64,000 bases of DNA from contig OZ234493.1 of the NCBI GenBank assembly GCA_965153455.1, positions 20,884,213 to 20,948,212 on the forward strand, written 5' to 3'. Origin of the DNA: Sphagnum compactum. Its lineage: Eukaryota. Under the pieces are notes generated by a model. The model was not told the DNA's origin, ran no database searches, and saw only the letters and a list, made by a program, of their open reading frames with translations. The translations under genes and the position numbers were made by a program. The stretch's first letter is position 1. Each line of letters opens with the position of its first letter. Below are positions 50,881 to 64,000 of this stretch, piece by piece.

Positions 50881-53800
50881 ATGGGGAAAAGGAATGGGTA
50901 CTTGCCAGAGACGCCAGTTTTCAAGGGAACAACGAATGTGAGCCTTGCACTCAGGCAGAGAAAGTGGCGATTGGCGATTTTTGTTGCTGTCTGCTGTCTG
51001 GATCTTCTGTTTGCCTCGGTAATCAATTCCTTCTTCACACAACCTAAATTCATTTCAGAATGAATTTCTGCACACCTTGAAAAATTCTTCTAATAAATAA
51101 GCCTGAAGAAATCCAAAACAATATGTAGCTTATGTTTTCTGCCTTGTAGTAGTTGCCTTCATGTTGTTTATTTTGCACACTTGAAATTCATTTGAGCTTC
51201 GTTGTTTGTCTGAGCCCTGAACATCCCCCCTTGCAATGTATGAGCAAAGGCACCTAATTGGCTGAAATCGATTTCACACAAGGATGTTGAGTCTCAGACT
51301 ACCAGAACAAGAAAATATGCATACCCATGATGATATGTGGTTTTGTGTGAAGAATCTGTAGCTGCAGGGAAAAACCCTAATGATTTGCTTTATGTGGGGG
51401 GATGTTGTTGTTGTTGTTTCAGCTCTTATATATCACGGTACATCTTTCGAACAAGAAGAAGGATCCATTTTCGTTGCGTGGGTTGTGGTATTCTCTCACG
51501 TGCTTTACCACAGATACCTTGGATTTGCTTCTCCTGAGCCTGCTGCGGGTGGGGAGCCTTTCAGGGCTTTCCTATTACGGGAGTGTGCTTGCCTCAGCTG
51601 AAGCTGTTGAAAAAGAGAAGGGGAAGGGCAGCAAATTGCAATCAAAGCTGCTGTCAAATGCAATCACTAGTAAAGTACTGCACTCTAATGCAGATGCATA
51701 CACTAGCAATGGCAGCAAGTCGTCTCTTCCCAATGGGAATGGCAAACTTGAGAATGGAACTCTCAAAGAGCCCCTTTTGTCCAGGAAGGACTCTGTAGCT
51801 GTAAAAGCTCCCACCACTTTTTATCAAGAGTGGTTTGCAGGATCATCAAGGAAAGATGCTGTTCTGCTCGTTGTCTTTCTTCTTTGCACTGGATTCCAGG
51901 TACATCTTTGTTCCCACTGCTACTCTTTCCGTTAGCCCCTCTCATTTTGTGCCCCATCTTTGATGGCACACAGAGATGACAACTGCATTGCTGCTGAGAT
52001 TGGCAGGCAGGAATTTATCAGTTACCAGATTACTTAGTATTGTGGTGTGATGATTTGGTGAATTTTGCAGGCTTATGTGGGGGCCAAGTGCGTCGGGTTT
52101 TATTTCGACAAGACTGTGGAAAAACTGTTCCGCGTGCGCCTTGAAATATGGCAAAGCATTTTGATGGGTGCCACTGTTCTGTGGATAAATGCAGAAAGCT
52201 CTATGTTGACGCGTGTTGTGGACTCCAACCGTGTGTTGAGCCGCGCTCTTTTTCTCAATGCAAAACGCACAGCCCAGGACCTTGAAGGTTCTCGAATTTC
52301 CATCGGATCTAACAAGTAGGAATTGCTTCCTGTGATGGTTCTGAATGATCAATAGCCAGCTTGCATTCCCCCCCCATCCCCATCCTACGACTGCAGGGCT
52401 GCTCGTTATCAGTAAGTGCTCTCTGTTTATTTAGATGCCAATCGAATGGAAAAACTTACACAGGGGGAGGGTGAACTTGGTTTTCAGCAATGTGAATTCT
52501 GCGGAAGCCGAGGAAGGGACCTTGAGAGGGGACAAGGGAGTAAGAGAGGAGCAAGATGTGGACCAGACCAGTTACTTGATGCGTGCGGTTTCTCTAGCTC
52601 GCAATGAATCCCTTCTGCTTGCCTGCGCTTTTTTCTGCCTTATGGTGTCATCTGTTTCCAGCTTGATTCTGCCCAATTATCAGGTTGTTTTCAATCTGAC
52701 TTCACTGCTCTTGCTTGCATTCGTGCTACCAGAAGTCCATGTTAGGTGACATTAGCTGAAGATTTTCTTTTTTTCTTTTTTTTTCTTGTAACTTTTGGAT
52801 GCTTCCCAGTGCACCAACAGATGAGAATTTGACTCTGAAAAGACAAAGGGGTTTCTGAAGCTCATCATATGTGTTATTTCTTCTGCAGGGTCGCATACTG
52901 GATCATGTGATTCAAGGAGCAGTGGCTATGTTCAAGAGGGATGTGCTACTACTGATAGTCTTTAGCTTGATAACAGGCCTTTTTGAGGCAGTCCGAAATC
53001 TCTCCTTCACAGTGGTGAGCAAGCGCGTGCTAAAGACTCTGCAGGACAAGCTTTTCACGGGCATTGTGATTCAAGACATTGCTTATTTCGATGGCACTAC
53101 ATCTGGAGAGGTCAGCAATATTCAGTCTTGGGTTTGAATCTCTTTTTTTTGGGTTTACATGAGATGAAAAAATTATGAAGCAAACTGGTGGCAAAGGATT
53201 TGAAGGAGGGATTGTTTCTTTCCACCTTGGGGAGGGTTTCTGTTTGTTTTATGTGTGTTTTCTTTTAGTGGCGGTAAAGACAATGAGGACTTGCTTGCAC
53301 ATAAGGTTTGTGTCCTTTGACAATGAGAGTAGAAGGATTTGTTGATGAAGACCCTGATTGTATTGTCTTGTTTGTGCACTATGTATGAACAGCTGACCTC
53401 ACGGCTCACCAACGATGTGTCTTCAATGGCTGAACCTGTGAACTGGATGCTTTCAGCACTTTTACGGAACTTGCTCTCACTTGCTGGTGGATTCGGGATG
53501 TGCTTCTTCATAAGCTGGAAGCTGAGCATGCTTGCATTCACAACCATGGCTCCCATCATGCATATCACAGCTGTGTACTCTCGTTGGTCTCGGGAGCTGA
53601 ATCGCAAACGGTACGCTTTGCTGGCTGAGGCAAACTCCTCTGCTGCTGAAGCTCTCGGAAACATCCGAACAGTGCGTGCCTTTTCCACTGAAGATGTGGA
53701 GATTGACCGATTCAAGTCAAAGACCCTTGCCGCTATGCAAAAGGGTGTGAGGGATGCTTTTGCCTACGCTGGTGCTGTTGCAATCAATGACTGGCTGGAT

Positions 53801-55798
53801 CTCGGTGCTTCTGTGCTTATTTTATGGTGCTTCCCTCCCTCCAATCCACTCATGCATTTGACATGGTTTCTGAATGTCATCAAGGGTTCCCCCCAGTATA
53901 TGACACAGGGTCTTGCTCATGAAGAGATTAGCTTTGGCCAAATTTGTAGCAGAGCAGCCTGATACCAAACCGATACTTTAACCCAGTTGTGTTTTTCTTT
54001 TTCTTTTTTGCATTATGAATTGCTTATGTGTGGTGGTGGTTGCAAAGGTATGGAGGCGTTTTAGTGATGAACAATCGCCTGTCAGTTGGCAGGCTCATCA
54101 CATTCCAGCTATACTGGAACCAAATCCAGAGTGCGTATAAAGGTATCATGTCTGTGCTGATGTCACTCACACGCGCTGCAGGAGCAGCACAGCGTGTCCT
54201 CTCATTGGTGGATGCACTCCCAGATATTGACCCAAATGCAGGCACCATGGTTTGCTCCTTGTCCTCTTTTTCACATCTGTTTTTCTTTACAAGGTTGTAG
54301 CTGTAATGGGTTTATTGTGTAGCATCTGGTATGAAATCCATGTAGATAAGGATAGTAAAACTTTGTTTCTCTGGCTTGTGTCATGACAGGTTTCACATCT
54401 GGAAGGAGAGATCAAGTTAGAGGCTGTCCATTTTTCCTATCAAATGAGACCTGAGCATTCTGTCATTTCGGGGGTGAACTTGGAGGTGGGAAGGGGTGAT
54501 GTTTGTGCACTCGTGGGGCGCAGTGGCGGTGGCAAGTCGACCATAGTCCATTTGCTCATGCGCTTCTATGATCCAACACACGGGCGTATTCTTCTCGATG
54601 GTTGGGACCTAAGAGACCTCAATCTGAAATCAGTTCACAAGCACATGGGGTTGGTAGCACAGGACACCCAAATGTTTGCAGGTTCAATTGAGGAGAACAT
54701 AATGTATGGATTGAGTTCTTGCAATCGTGAGGATATGGAGGAGGCTGCAAGGTGGGTGATGTTATTCATGTTTGTTGTGAAGGTTTTGGATAGTCAAGAA
54801 AGTTTCCACTTCGTTGCATTTTGCTCAGGTAGTAGCACTGATGTTTTTTGTTCATTTGAAAGGTCTTTTCTCAAAATGACATTTTTGCTTGGTATTTGAA
54901 TGGATTGTGACCTGTGTGACTGTCTAGGTATGCAAATGCCCATGACTTTATCTTGAGATTTCCAGAAGGCTATGCAACACGAGTTGGTGAGCGTGGGGTG
55001 CGTCTCTCTGGTGGTCAGCGACAGGTTTCATCTCCTCTTTTCAAGACTCCCTCATGATTGTTTCATCTCCTTTTTGTTGTTGAATTGTTCTGGGCAACAG
55101 GCGGTTTCTTTGTTATTCTCTTCAGAATGCACAGGTTTTTACTTCTCAAGAAAGGGGTAGGAATGAGAATTAATTGGAGACTTGCTTTCCATTGTGATTC
55201 CATGTAAACTCATTGGTTCTTTGTTGTTTTTTATTTCTTTGTTTGATCACAAAACTCAGCGTGTTGCAATTGCACGAATGCTGCTTCGACGACCAAAGGT
55301 ATTATTACTGGATGAAGCAACAAGCTCCTTGGATACTGAGAGTGAGGCATTAGTACAACAAGCCTTAGACAGGCTCATTGGAGAGGGTGGGCGCACCATT
55401 GTTCTGGTAGCTCACCGACTCTCCACTGTGCGCAACGCTGACAATATCGCAGTCTTGGATAAAGGTGCTCTTGTTGAACAAGGCACTCATGAGCAACTGC
55501 TCACAAAAAGTAAGCCACAAAATCCTCTTTCTTGACGGCAAATACCCAAATTGTGGTGGATATGCTTCTTTTTTTTTAAAAAATAATTTAATATTTCTGA
55601 AGCATGTTCGTGATCACCACAAGACTGGTGAGTATGACAAAGTTTCAATTTTGGTACTGTGCAGAGGATGGGGTGTATGAGAAGCTTGTGCGAAGGCAGT
55701 TGCACAAAGCAAGTAATCCTATTTTGGATGATCTAGGGGCAGAAGATACCAGTGACAATATCAGCACATTGCTGGATGACAGCTCCTCTCACACATAA
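50881..55798 (+). CDS. ABC transporter subfamily B half transporter (TAP/TAPL-like; TMD0-like extension + TMD + NBD), 918 aa
   Basis: Exons 50881-51018, 51423-51899, 52071-52315, 52488-52683, 52889-53110, 53393-53826, 54048-54249, 54390-54751, 54928-55024, 55260-55509, 55665-55798; all GT-AG, 2757 nt open. QDIAYFD..SGELTSRL; Walker [10 protein letters not shown]; signature LSGGQRQR; Walker [14 protein letters not shown]-loop VAHRLST. Confidence 0.93.
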
Positions 55799-57849
55799 GG
55801 AAAAACAAAAAAACTCATATCCTGTGCAAATATGTGTTTCTCCACATGGTGAGGGTGTTATATTCCCCTTTCCTCTTCGGTTCACTAAACCACCTGCAGT
55901 GAAACAAGATGAGAGAGCTTCTCTCATTTTGCATGTAAAAGAGTTCATATTGGAGAAATCAGTGACTTTAGAGACATTGGTGGACTTCACTCTACCACAG
56001 AACATATGGTCTTTGGGTAAAAGACCCAGTTCAGAAATTCCTTGATCTGGAGATGATGTTGCAACAAAAGTGATCCGAGCAGAATTCAGATGGCTGGAAG
56101 CCTGATTGACTTGTTCCATGAAGGAAATGCAAAGAAGATCTCAATGTGTTTGTTGCCGCCAATTACAGCATTTAACTCTTGGATATCTGGAGACCCATTT
56201 TGCAGCACTGATTCCAGTTTCAGTTAACTCTGGTTGGCATTATTATTCCTATTACTAACTATGGGGAAACACCCACTGCTACGCAAAAAAAAATAGTGAA
56301 AATAGTGTCGCGCTTGAGGCGATGTGAGGCACAGATAACAAATGCATCATCTTTCGGGGGAGTTGATGCTCAAGCTTTTTGAGTTAGGATTAGTGGGAAA
56401 TTTTTGTATTTGACAACAACCTCTAGTACCGATTTGAGGGAGCAGGATGGGGAAGGCAGCTGTTGGGTTATCACAATTTTAGTGTATACTTGTAGCATTA
56501 GTTTTTTTTTCCTCTGGTAAGTATTGTTGTCCACTTATTATGTTACTGGCCTACCTTAGGTATTTCTTTGATGCTCTAACTCTTCATGTCACTTATGGAA
56601 GTAGTACTTCCAATGTCAGAGTCAAACCCAACTGTAAATTTTTGTTGGAAAATTTCCCATGGATTACTTGTCTTCTCTAAATTTTGTTGGAAGTTTTCCA
56701 AAGAGTTCAAGGATTACTATCTTCTTTTGCCACAAAAGTACACAGCAGTCATCCCCTTTATATGAAACACTTATATAAAAAGGTGTGTAAGTATGGGGTG
56801 TGTTGTTTTCATAGGAAAGGTGTGGGTAATAGGCTTCTGAATTTGCACAGAGTTAGTGTTTAAAATTCTTTCTGAGCACAATATGTGTGGGTTTCAATGC
56901 ACTGTCAGAAATGAAAGATATGCGTGATTTCATATACACGGGTTTTGTTGACATTCCAAGTATATTAGTCACCTACCATATATGGCAGGAAAGACACAAG
57001 TACTATTTACAACCATTTTACCACAATCCAAACAAGTTTAAGTACCCTACTTTACTTCCACATTGTAGGTATAATTCATCTGCTTTGAATCAGTGTTGCA
57101 ATCTTCAGACTGCTCCTTGAAACAACTACTTAGTTGGGTTGCAGAGTTTTAACTCCGTTGCACCAGAAATGTTTTTGTACTTAGTACATTAGCCAATGCT
57201 TTACTTTTCTTTTGTTGTTTTTTTGTTTGATTTTCAATGGTGTTTAGAACACTTAAAAACAAAATACTCTTCAGATGGGTTTTTCAAAGCTTGGTTTAGT
57301 TGTCTGTTGCAGTATATACTAGTGGTGGGGTAGTACCCGCCACTGACAAGCTCCAGTTAAGCCAATTGACACACATTTTACAACACCCAAATTGTCACCA
57401 CCCAACACAAACCATGCATGCATAGAAGAACTTGCTCAAAGCAACAGGAGCCTGGGAGCACATTCATTCACTACCGTAGTAGTACCTTGGCAGCTGCAAC
57501 ACATGTTTGTGGAATAAGTAATTAATTAATTAATTTTCAAATTCTCATTTCAATCATTCTCAAAGATTTAATAGAATGTTCTCAAAGATCTACCTCCAGA
57601 ATTTTTTCTTATTTGAAAAAAAGAATTGAAAATTTCAATATTTCAGAAAATAATATAATTTAGTGTTGAAACTGCCAAGGTAGTAGGGGTACTCAGGGAT
57701 GGAGGAGTCCAGGTAGCCAAAGTGAATTGAACCATCATCCATCCATTGGAAGTCTGTTCTGTCTCAGTTGTGGATGGACCTCATTTCAGTTGAGGTCAGG
57801 TTTCACCTTTGTAGATGGTTAGTACATGAGGTAAGGGCTAGTGGGTTGT

Positions 57850-57893
57850 TAGTAGGTAGGTAGGTAGGTAGATAGGTAGGTAGGTAGGTAGGT
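57850..57893. repeat. (GGTA)n microsatellite
   Basis: Direct inspection. Confidence 0.9.
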
Positions 57894-60800
57894 AATAAAA
57901 ACAGAAAACTAAGCTAACCACCATGGTTAGCTACTGAAACTGAAACCCAATGAAAAAGTATTTCCTGTTCACTCACTATCATCCATCCCTAGGTCAAATC
58001 TGACAATAGAAGCTACCAACTCCAAACACACCTTTTGACCTCCTTTTAATGCCACAACTCTGACCTTCTGTTTTGACCAAGTTCACTGAATCCCTAAATT
58101 GGCAAATCTCTTGGTTTGTGTTTTAGGGTAGGGTTAAAAAAAAACCCCAGGGTAAGGGGCAGTCTCCAAAAAAAAAAAGGGGGGGCTGAAGACAAGGTGC
58201 TACTAGCAAAGTCCAGCTACACATTTCAGGAATCTACCCCACCCATGGGGGTTACCCATCATAAACTGTGGTTAATTTGAAGGAATTTTTTAATGTAGCC
58301 TACATGGTGATCATCCATAGATGATATGGAAGTAAAATGACCATCATCCCTAGTAGGAAGATTTAGCCAAATTTGGCTATGAACCAGATATGAAGTACAA
58401 CTCTTTAATCAACCTTCTCTATTTATGTTTGCACATTGAAAACCAAATGGAAAAATCTGGCAATTTTTTATTTTACTCTATTTTTTTCCTCATTTCTAGC
58501 AATTGAAACCCTCCTAAATCAATTCATTTTCAAACTCTTTTTCTTCTTAAATTTTGGCTAAATTTTGCCAATGGGCTGATTGTTAAGCATGAGGTGAAAG
58601 TTATCATAAACCTAAATAAGTAGATCACAGGACATAAGAGGGGAGGGTTATTGCCAGTATTGGGTGGGTATTGTTTTTTTAAAGATACCTGGCAAATCTG
58701 GTTTTCACAAAGGTTTTGAAATACTTGATCGGTTTATTCCTAAGAAAATTTTAATTTTTCCAAGATAGGGGCAGGGCATCAAAAAAAAATAGTTCACATG
58801 GACCCTAATTGCAATAAGTATTATTTTGTCAAGTAGGTGGACTGGCCATCATCTTCAAGAGGAATAGCCAAATTTGGCTACATGTCGGATAATAAAATTA
58901 TTTTTTTGGAGAATCCTACCTCGTTGTTATGGTGATTAGAAGGAACTTGCTGTCAAAATATGCACCACCCCTGACTTTTTTTCTCTCAAAATGTGGCATT
59001 TTCGTCAACAAAAACCCTTTGTACACTTTGCACTATGTTTTTTTCTTTGTTGCCACAATGCAAAAATTCACCCAAAAAACACCTTAATTTTGCCAAATGA
59101 GGATATTTACAGATCCATTTAAATTTTAATTATCAAGAAAAAATAAAATCATGTTTACTTTCTTCAAAGAAACTCAAATCCAATTCAATTGCCATGCTAC
59201 CAAACCCATATGTTTTATTTAATGAGTATATGCCTTATAAAAGATCTTTTTTTTTCATCATTTTTTTTCCTCAAAATTTCAGCACCTTATTTGGGGCTTT
59301 TCCTTTCACATTAATAGCCTAGGATTAACCTGGCACCTTAACCCTTCTTCCACCATTTTACCCCATCTTGAATATCAACATTTTGAAAGGTATGGCAAGG
59401 GTAAGGTTCTCAAGGTTAACTTTCACACAATGGATATTTGAAGGTCTAGATATCACCAAATGTGATATCCACATGTGGTTGAAAGGTTAATACCCAGGCC
59501 AAATCTTGATACCCATCTAACAAAATCTTGTGAATATATCTCTATAGGATTTGTTATTTGAAACTTGTGTTTTTCTACCAACAAATCTTCAAAGTCCATG
59601 ATATGTTGGAACCTACCACACAACACATGAAATATATATATATAGATATATACTAGGGCTTAAGAAGTAGCGATTGGTTACTATTGGCAATGAGTTCAAA
59701 CCCTAAACCAAACTTTGAACTCATTGGCCCCAACCCAAGAACATGATTGAAATCATTATGTACAATAGCACTAGTTTTGTGTTGAATTTGTAAACAAACT
59801 CGTGAAAAAAAGGGATCCAAATCAAACGGAGACCCATATGCTTGGGCTTGACTTAAATGTTGTATGAATATATGCAAAACACATATTCATATTATTTATC
59901 AAAGGAGGTTGTCATCGTACAAGGATTTTCATAAATAGTTCTAACTTTCTTTCTCTAATGATGATGATAACATAAAAGAACGACTTTTTTTATTTACCGG
60001 TTTACAAAGTGCATATTTTAAGGCATATCAACAAGGAAGGGTAGCTTGAAATAACATCTTGCCAATGTTGGCTTCATTTGAGCACCCCTTCTATGAAACT
60101 CTTCAAAAACTTGTAGGCAATATATAAGGAAACATAGTTTAGAAAATTAATATTTGAGGCCCAATTGTAAATGTATGAAAATAGGGATTGTGGGAACATA
60201 TGCACATTTAATAACATATTTATCAATATTTCAATACAATTGAAACAATTTCAGTTTTAATATGTGGTTGAAACTACTTCCAAGAATGATTGTGCATGTT
60301 GCATGTTATTATAGTACAAATGTGGGTTGTAAGAAGATGTCTGATATTATTTTCGTATTTTACAAACAAAGAAAATTCAATAATGTTGTACCTAAAAAAA
60401 CATTATTTTTGTTTCATATGAATATGTATTGCTTCTTTAGGTGAAACCATGGTTGTGTTAAGTAACCATCTTTTTTTCTAGTTTTTTGATAAAAATATTA
60501 ATTTCATCATCCTTTTCACTATGTTTGTCATTATAAAAGAGAAAGGTGTTAAAAAAGGGGGAAAGACATTGATTATTAATTCCAAAAAAATTTGGCCTTC
60601 CATAACCAAAATATATTTTAATATGGATTCAAACGATCCCAAAACTTACATGTTGTCATGAATAGGTTGAAATCAAGCCAAATTTCAGGGCTCAAACTTT
60701 GTTGTCAAGTAGGCCTTGTTTTGCTATTCAACAATTGAACATTCATTGATGTGAACCAAGTTGGAAGGAAGCCCAAGGTGTGTCATGAACTAAAGGAAGA

Positions 60801-63800
60801 GAAACACATTTGCAAGTTCTTAAGTTGCATTGTCACTTTAAGAGTTTTCAAAAAGTCTTGACTTTTTAGAACAAGGTTCAAAGCATTAAAACATGTCCAA
60901 ATCAAGTGTCTAAATTATTTGGGCATGACCCACGAAGTTAGCAATTATGCCTAATTGAATCCTAGAGTTCTTAAATTAGTTAGTTAGTGTGAAAAAGTTT
61001 GAGATATTTTTGAATTTGCGATATGTCCTCATAGGAGGTGCTTGGGACTCATCTTTCTCCAATTGAAATTCTATTCATTCAATGGGTGATAATCCATGCT
61101 TTACACCAAGAACCTTTCATAAGAACTTTAAGATAAACACAACAAACAAAATGAGATGCAAGAAACTCAACATTGTGTGTGTGTGTGCACACGCTATTAG
61201 GGTTGTTATTATGTGTTTTATAATTGTAGACAACAATGGATGTAATTGCTTGAATATGACAACGCAAGGCATAAATGACCTTTAGATCATTGGAAAGACC
61301 TCAATGCAAAGTATAATGTAGCGGGGGGTTCATTGCCTCCTACAAGGAAGAATTGCTCAAAAGTTGACAATTTAAGATATGAAGATAAAATTACCAAAAT
61401 AACTCCTAATAAATGACTAGGATTGGTTTTGATTTCAATTATGAGTTGACATGGATAGTTTTTTGGGATTTTTGGATTCGCTATGTTGGGATTATCACAA
61501 ACTTATGGCATCACATTACACATGTTAGTCGCATGCATCATTGGTTAAGGCCAACATTGGTTATCATAGCCAAAGGTAATCCCAACGATAGTTTGAAGTT
61601 TCTTTCTACCTAATAGATGAACAATTAGTCGATTTGTATGACATGTGGTGTTACAATTACTAAGGAAGGCCAGTACAATATAGATGGATAATTTTGGTTA
61701 TTTGGTTACAATTTTTTCCAATGTTGTAACAACACTAAGTGTTTGATTTTCCATGGACAAAATCTTGGAAAACTAATAAGCTCATTTTTTGTGTTGTCTT
61801 TGAGTAATCATCCTTATGTTCTTCTTATGCAATCATTTAAAACATTATAGGGATTATAATCATTCTTCCTAGTTCCAATCACCAATATTTTTCATCCTTT
61901 TTTAAAATCAATCTAAGAGATCAAATGTGTTAGGGTAATGTGTGTTTGTGGATTGTGTTCAATTATAGGATCAATTTTTTACCATATTATGGAAGTTTGA
62001 AAGATTTGACCAAGGAGAATACAAAAAATGTGGCTATATGGACAAGTTTTAGAGAACACGTCATTGGTGGACCAATCATCTTTTCTTGAAAATTTTGAAA
62101 AGATATGCAAAAAGTTAACTTGTTGGACCCAAATGATATGATAAAAAACAAAGAAAAGTTTCTTTGGTTCCATGGATCAACAAAATCACACTTAATTACA
62201 TCAAGGACCATTTCATTTTATAATTTTAATGACAATTGTTTCTTGACTTTTAGTGATGACTTACCGTGGAGAAATATTAAGATATGGAATTTTGCTAAAC
62301 TTTCTTATTTTTTATATGATTCTTGCATTAGAGATTAATATTTCTAAAAAATCTCAGAATTATTATTATTTTGTTTTAAGGACTTTGCCATTGTATGCTC
62401 ATTTTTTGATTAAAAAACTTGAAGTTATGATTTATTAGAAAGGAAAAGAGGGATGTAAAATATTTAAGCAAAAGATGATATCATAAACTTTCGATAATTA
62501 TGTGAATAGAATGAACATAAGTAGATAAATACACAGCAATTGTAGCAAGTGAAATTATATTCATTATAATTAGTTGCTAAAGATAATGCAAACCAAAAAA
62601 ATTATTAATGAGTTTACAAGTTGGAAACTATGTTGAAAACAACTTTGTTAGAAAAAAAAATTATTAAAGATTATCCAAAATTGGAAGCACAATTTTAAGG
62701 CATTTAAAGTTGATTTTGAACAACACATATCTATATTGGCAATATAAACTACCAACATCTATGGTTTTAAATTTTTTTTAAGTCATTAATTTTAAGTTTG
62801 CTGGATGACACAAAACCTCATATAAACAGTAAAAATGAATTATAAATGATGAATGAAATATGTTGTTCATGGATGAAATTTACCACAACTACACAATTGT
62901 TTCAAGATGGATGGAATGTGATGATACAAACAAATTCATTCATTCATATGAAATTTTCAATACATAAGACTTGAATGAAATTGAACTTCAAGAATAAAAC
63001 TATTTAAAAAGGGTAAAATTAGCGTATATGGATTAAAAAAAGATGATTATAAATGATTCAGTGTATTGCATGGGTGAAATTGAATTTCATAAACAAAAGT
63101 AACTCATCTTGAAATTAAGATGAATGATGAAAGGTATCACATGGATGAAATTACTTGAATGAAAAATACACACCTATGAATGAAACTAGATTCAAGGATG
63201 AAAAATGACATGAAAGGACATATACATGCAATGTTAGTATATATAATCAAAAACTTTACAATACTTGAAATTGTTGACATTTTTATGAAGCACTAGATTT
63301 GGCAATTGAAGGTGTTTCGAGCACATATGAATGCCAACTAATTGGGTATAATTTCATTATAACATTTTCCCCCAAGCAAGTGATTTAGAACTCACATGAA
63401 CATTGGTACCAAAAAAAAGAACAAAAAAACCTTCTCCAACCTTTTTGGGGGGCAGGGGTGCTTGGGCTTTTGCTTCCTAGGGGTTTTGGGGGTACTTTTT
63501 CTTTTCTTTTCTTTTGGAATGGCTCCCTCTTTGCATCCCTCGTTAATTCGAAATACCCTTTGTCTTCATTGTTTTGACCTTTACATTTTAAGTAGCCTCT
63601 CGAGCATGTCAAAAGTGCTCACCCTCTTGCTAACCTAGTTTCCCAAGCTAATTAGGATGTTTTGTCTTTGTAGATGCTTCTCCTCTTGTGGTTTTCCCTG
63701 ATTCTATTCCTCTTGTTTTTTGGGGTTGGCTTCAGGATCAGTCTAATTCCATTTTGGGGTTATTTGAGTTTTGTTTTGCATGCCTTCGTTTGTTTCATAG

Positions 63801-64000
63801 GATCCTTTGAGCCATTTAGGACGAGGTCAAGCAAACTTTTTGCTTACCCCTTGACCGAATTGCTCAAAACCCAACAGACAAATTAGCATGGTTCCTATTC
63901 CTCATGTTGCCCCATTGGTGTTTGCATTATACTCGAGGAGGTCATTCAAGTAAATGAAAGGTTTTTGCTTATTTCAAGAGGTTTATGGTGAGTGATTGGT

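Noticed and set aside
59600-64000. AT-rich region probably holding decayed transposon fragments
   Set aside because: No motif or terminus could be assigned with confidence.

Overview
Eukaryotic, intron-containing, repeat-rich plant DNA. The repeat style and gene content suggest a moss, possibly Sphagnum-like; this is inference and was not checked. Three spliced genes can be rebuilt with GT-AG junctions in consistent phase: (1) a 3-exon, 412-aa orphan gene with a degenerate C2H2 finger (2326-679, minus), embedded in an unclassified repeat-rich element; (2) a 5-exon gene with a USP (adenine nucleotide alpha hydrolase-like) domain and no kinase domain (25008-27746, +); (3) an 11-exon, 918-aa ABCB half transporter with a TAPL/ABCB9-like N-terminal membrane extension (50881-55798, +). 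The most striking structure is 30165-43694. Here a Copia and a Gypsy LTR retrotransposon have each been cut inside their reverse transcriptase and reshuffled by an ~8.9 kb inversion plus a ~270 bp re-flipped piece. Both LTR pairs now point in opposite directions and a Copia-RT/Gypsy-RT junction is in frame. Also present: an ungapped 46-bp, G:U-rich, pre-miRNA-like hairpin (6801-7073), a decayed hAT transposase, Helitron-like and MITE-like elements, and several tandem repeats.
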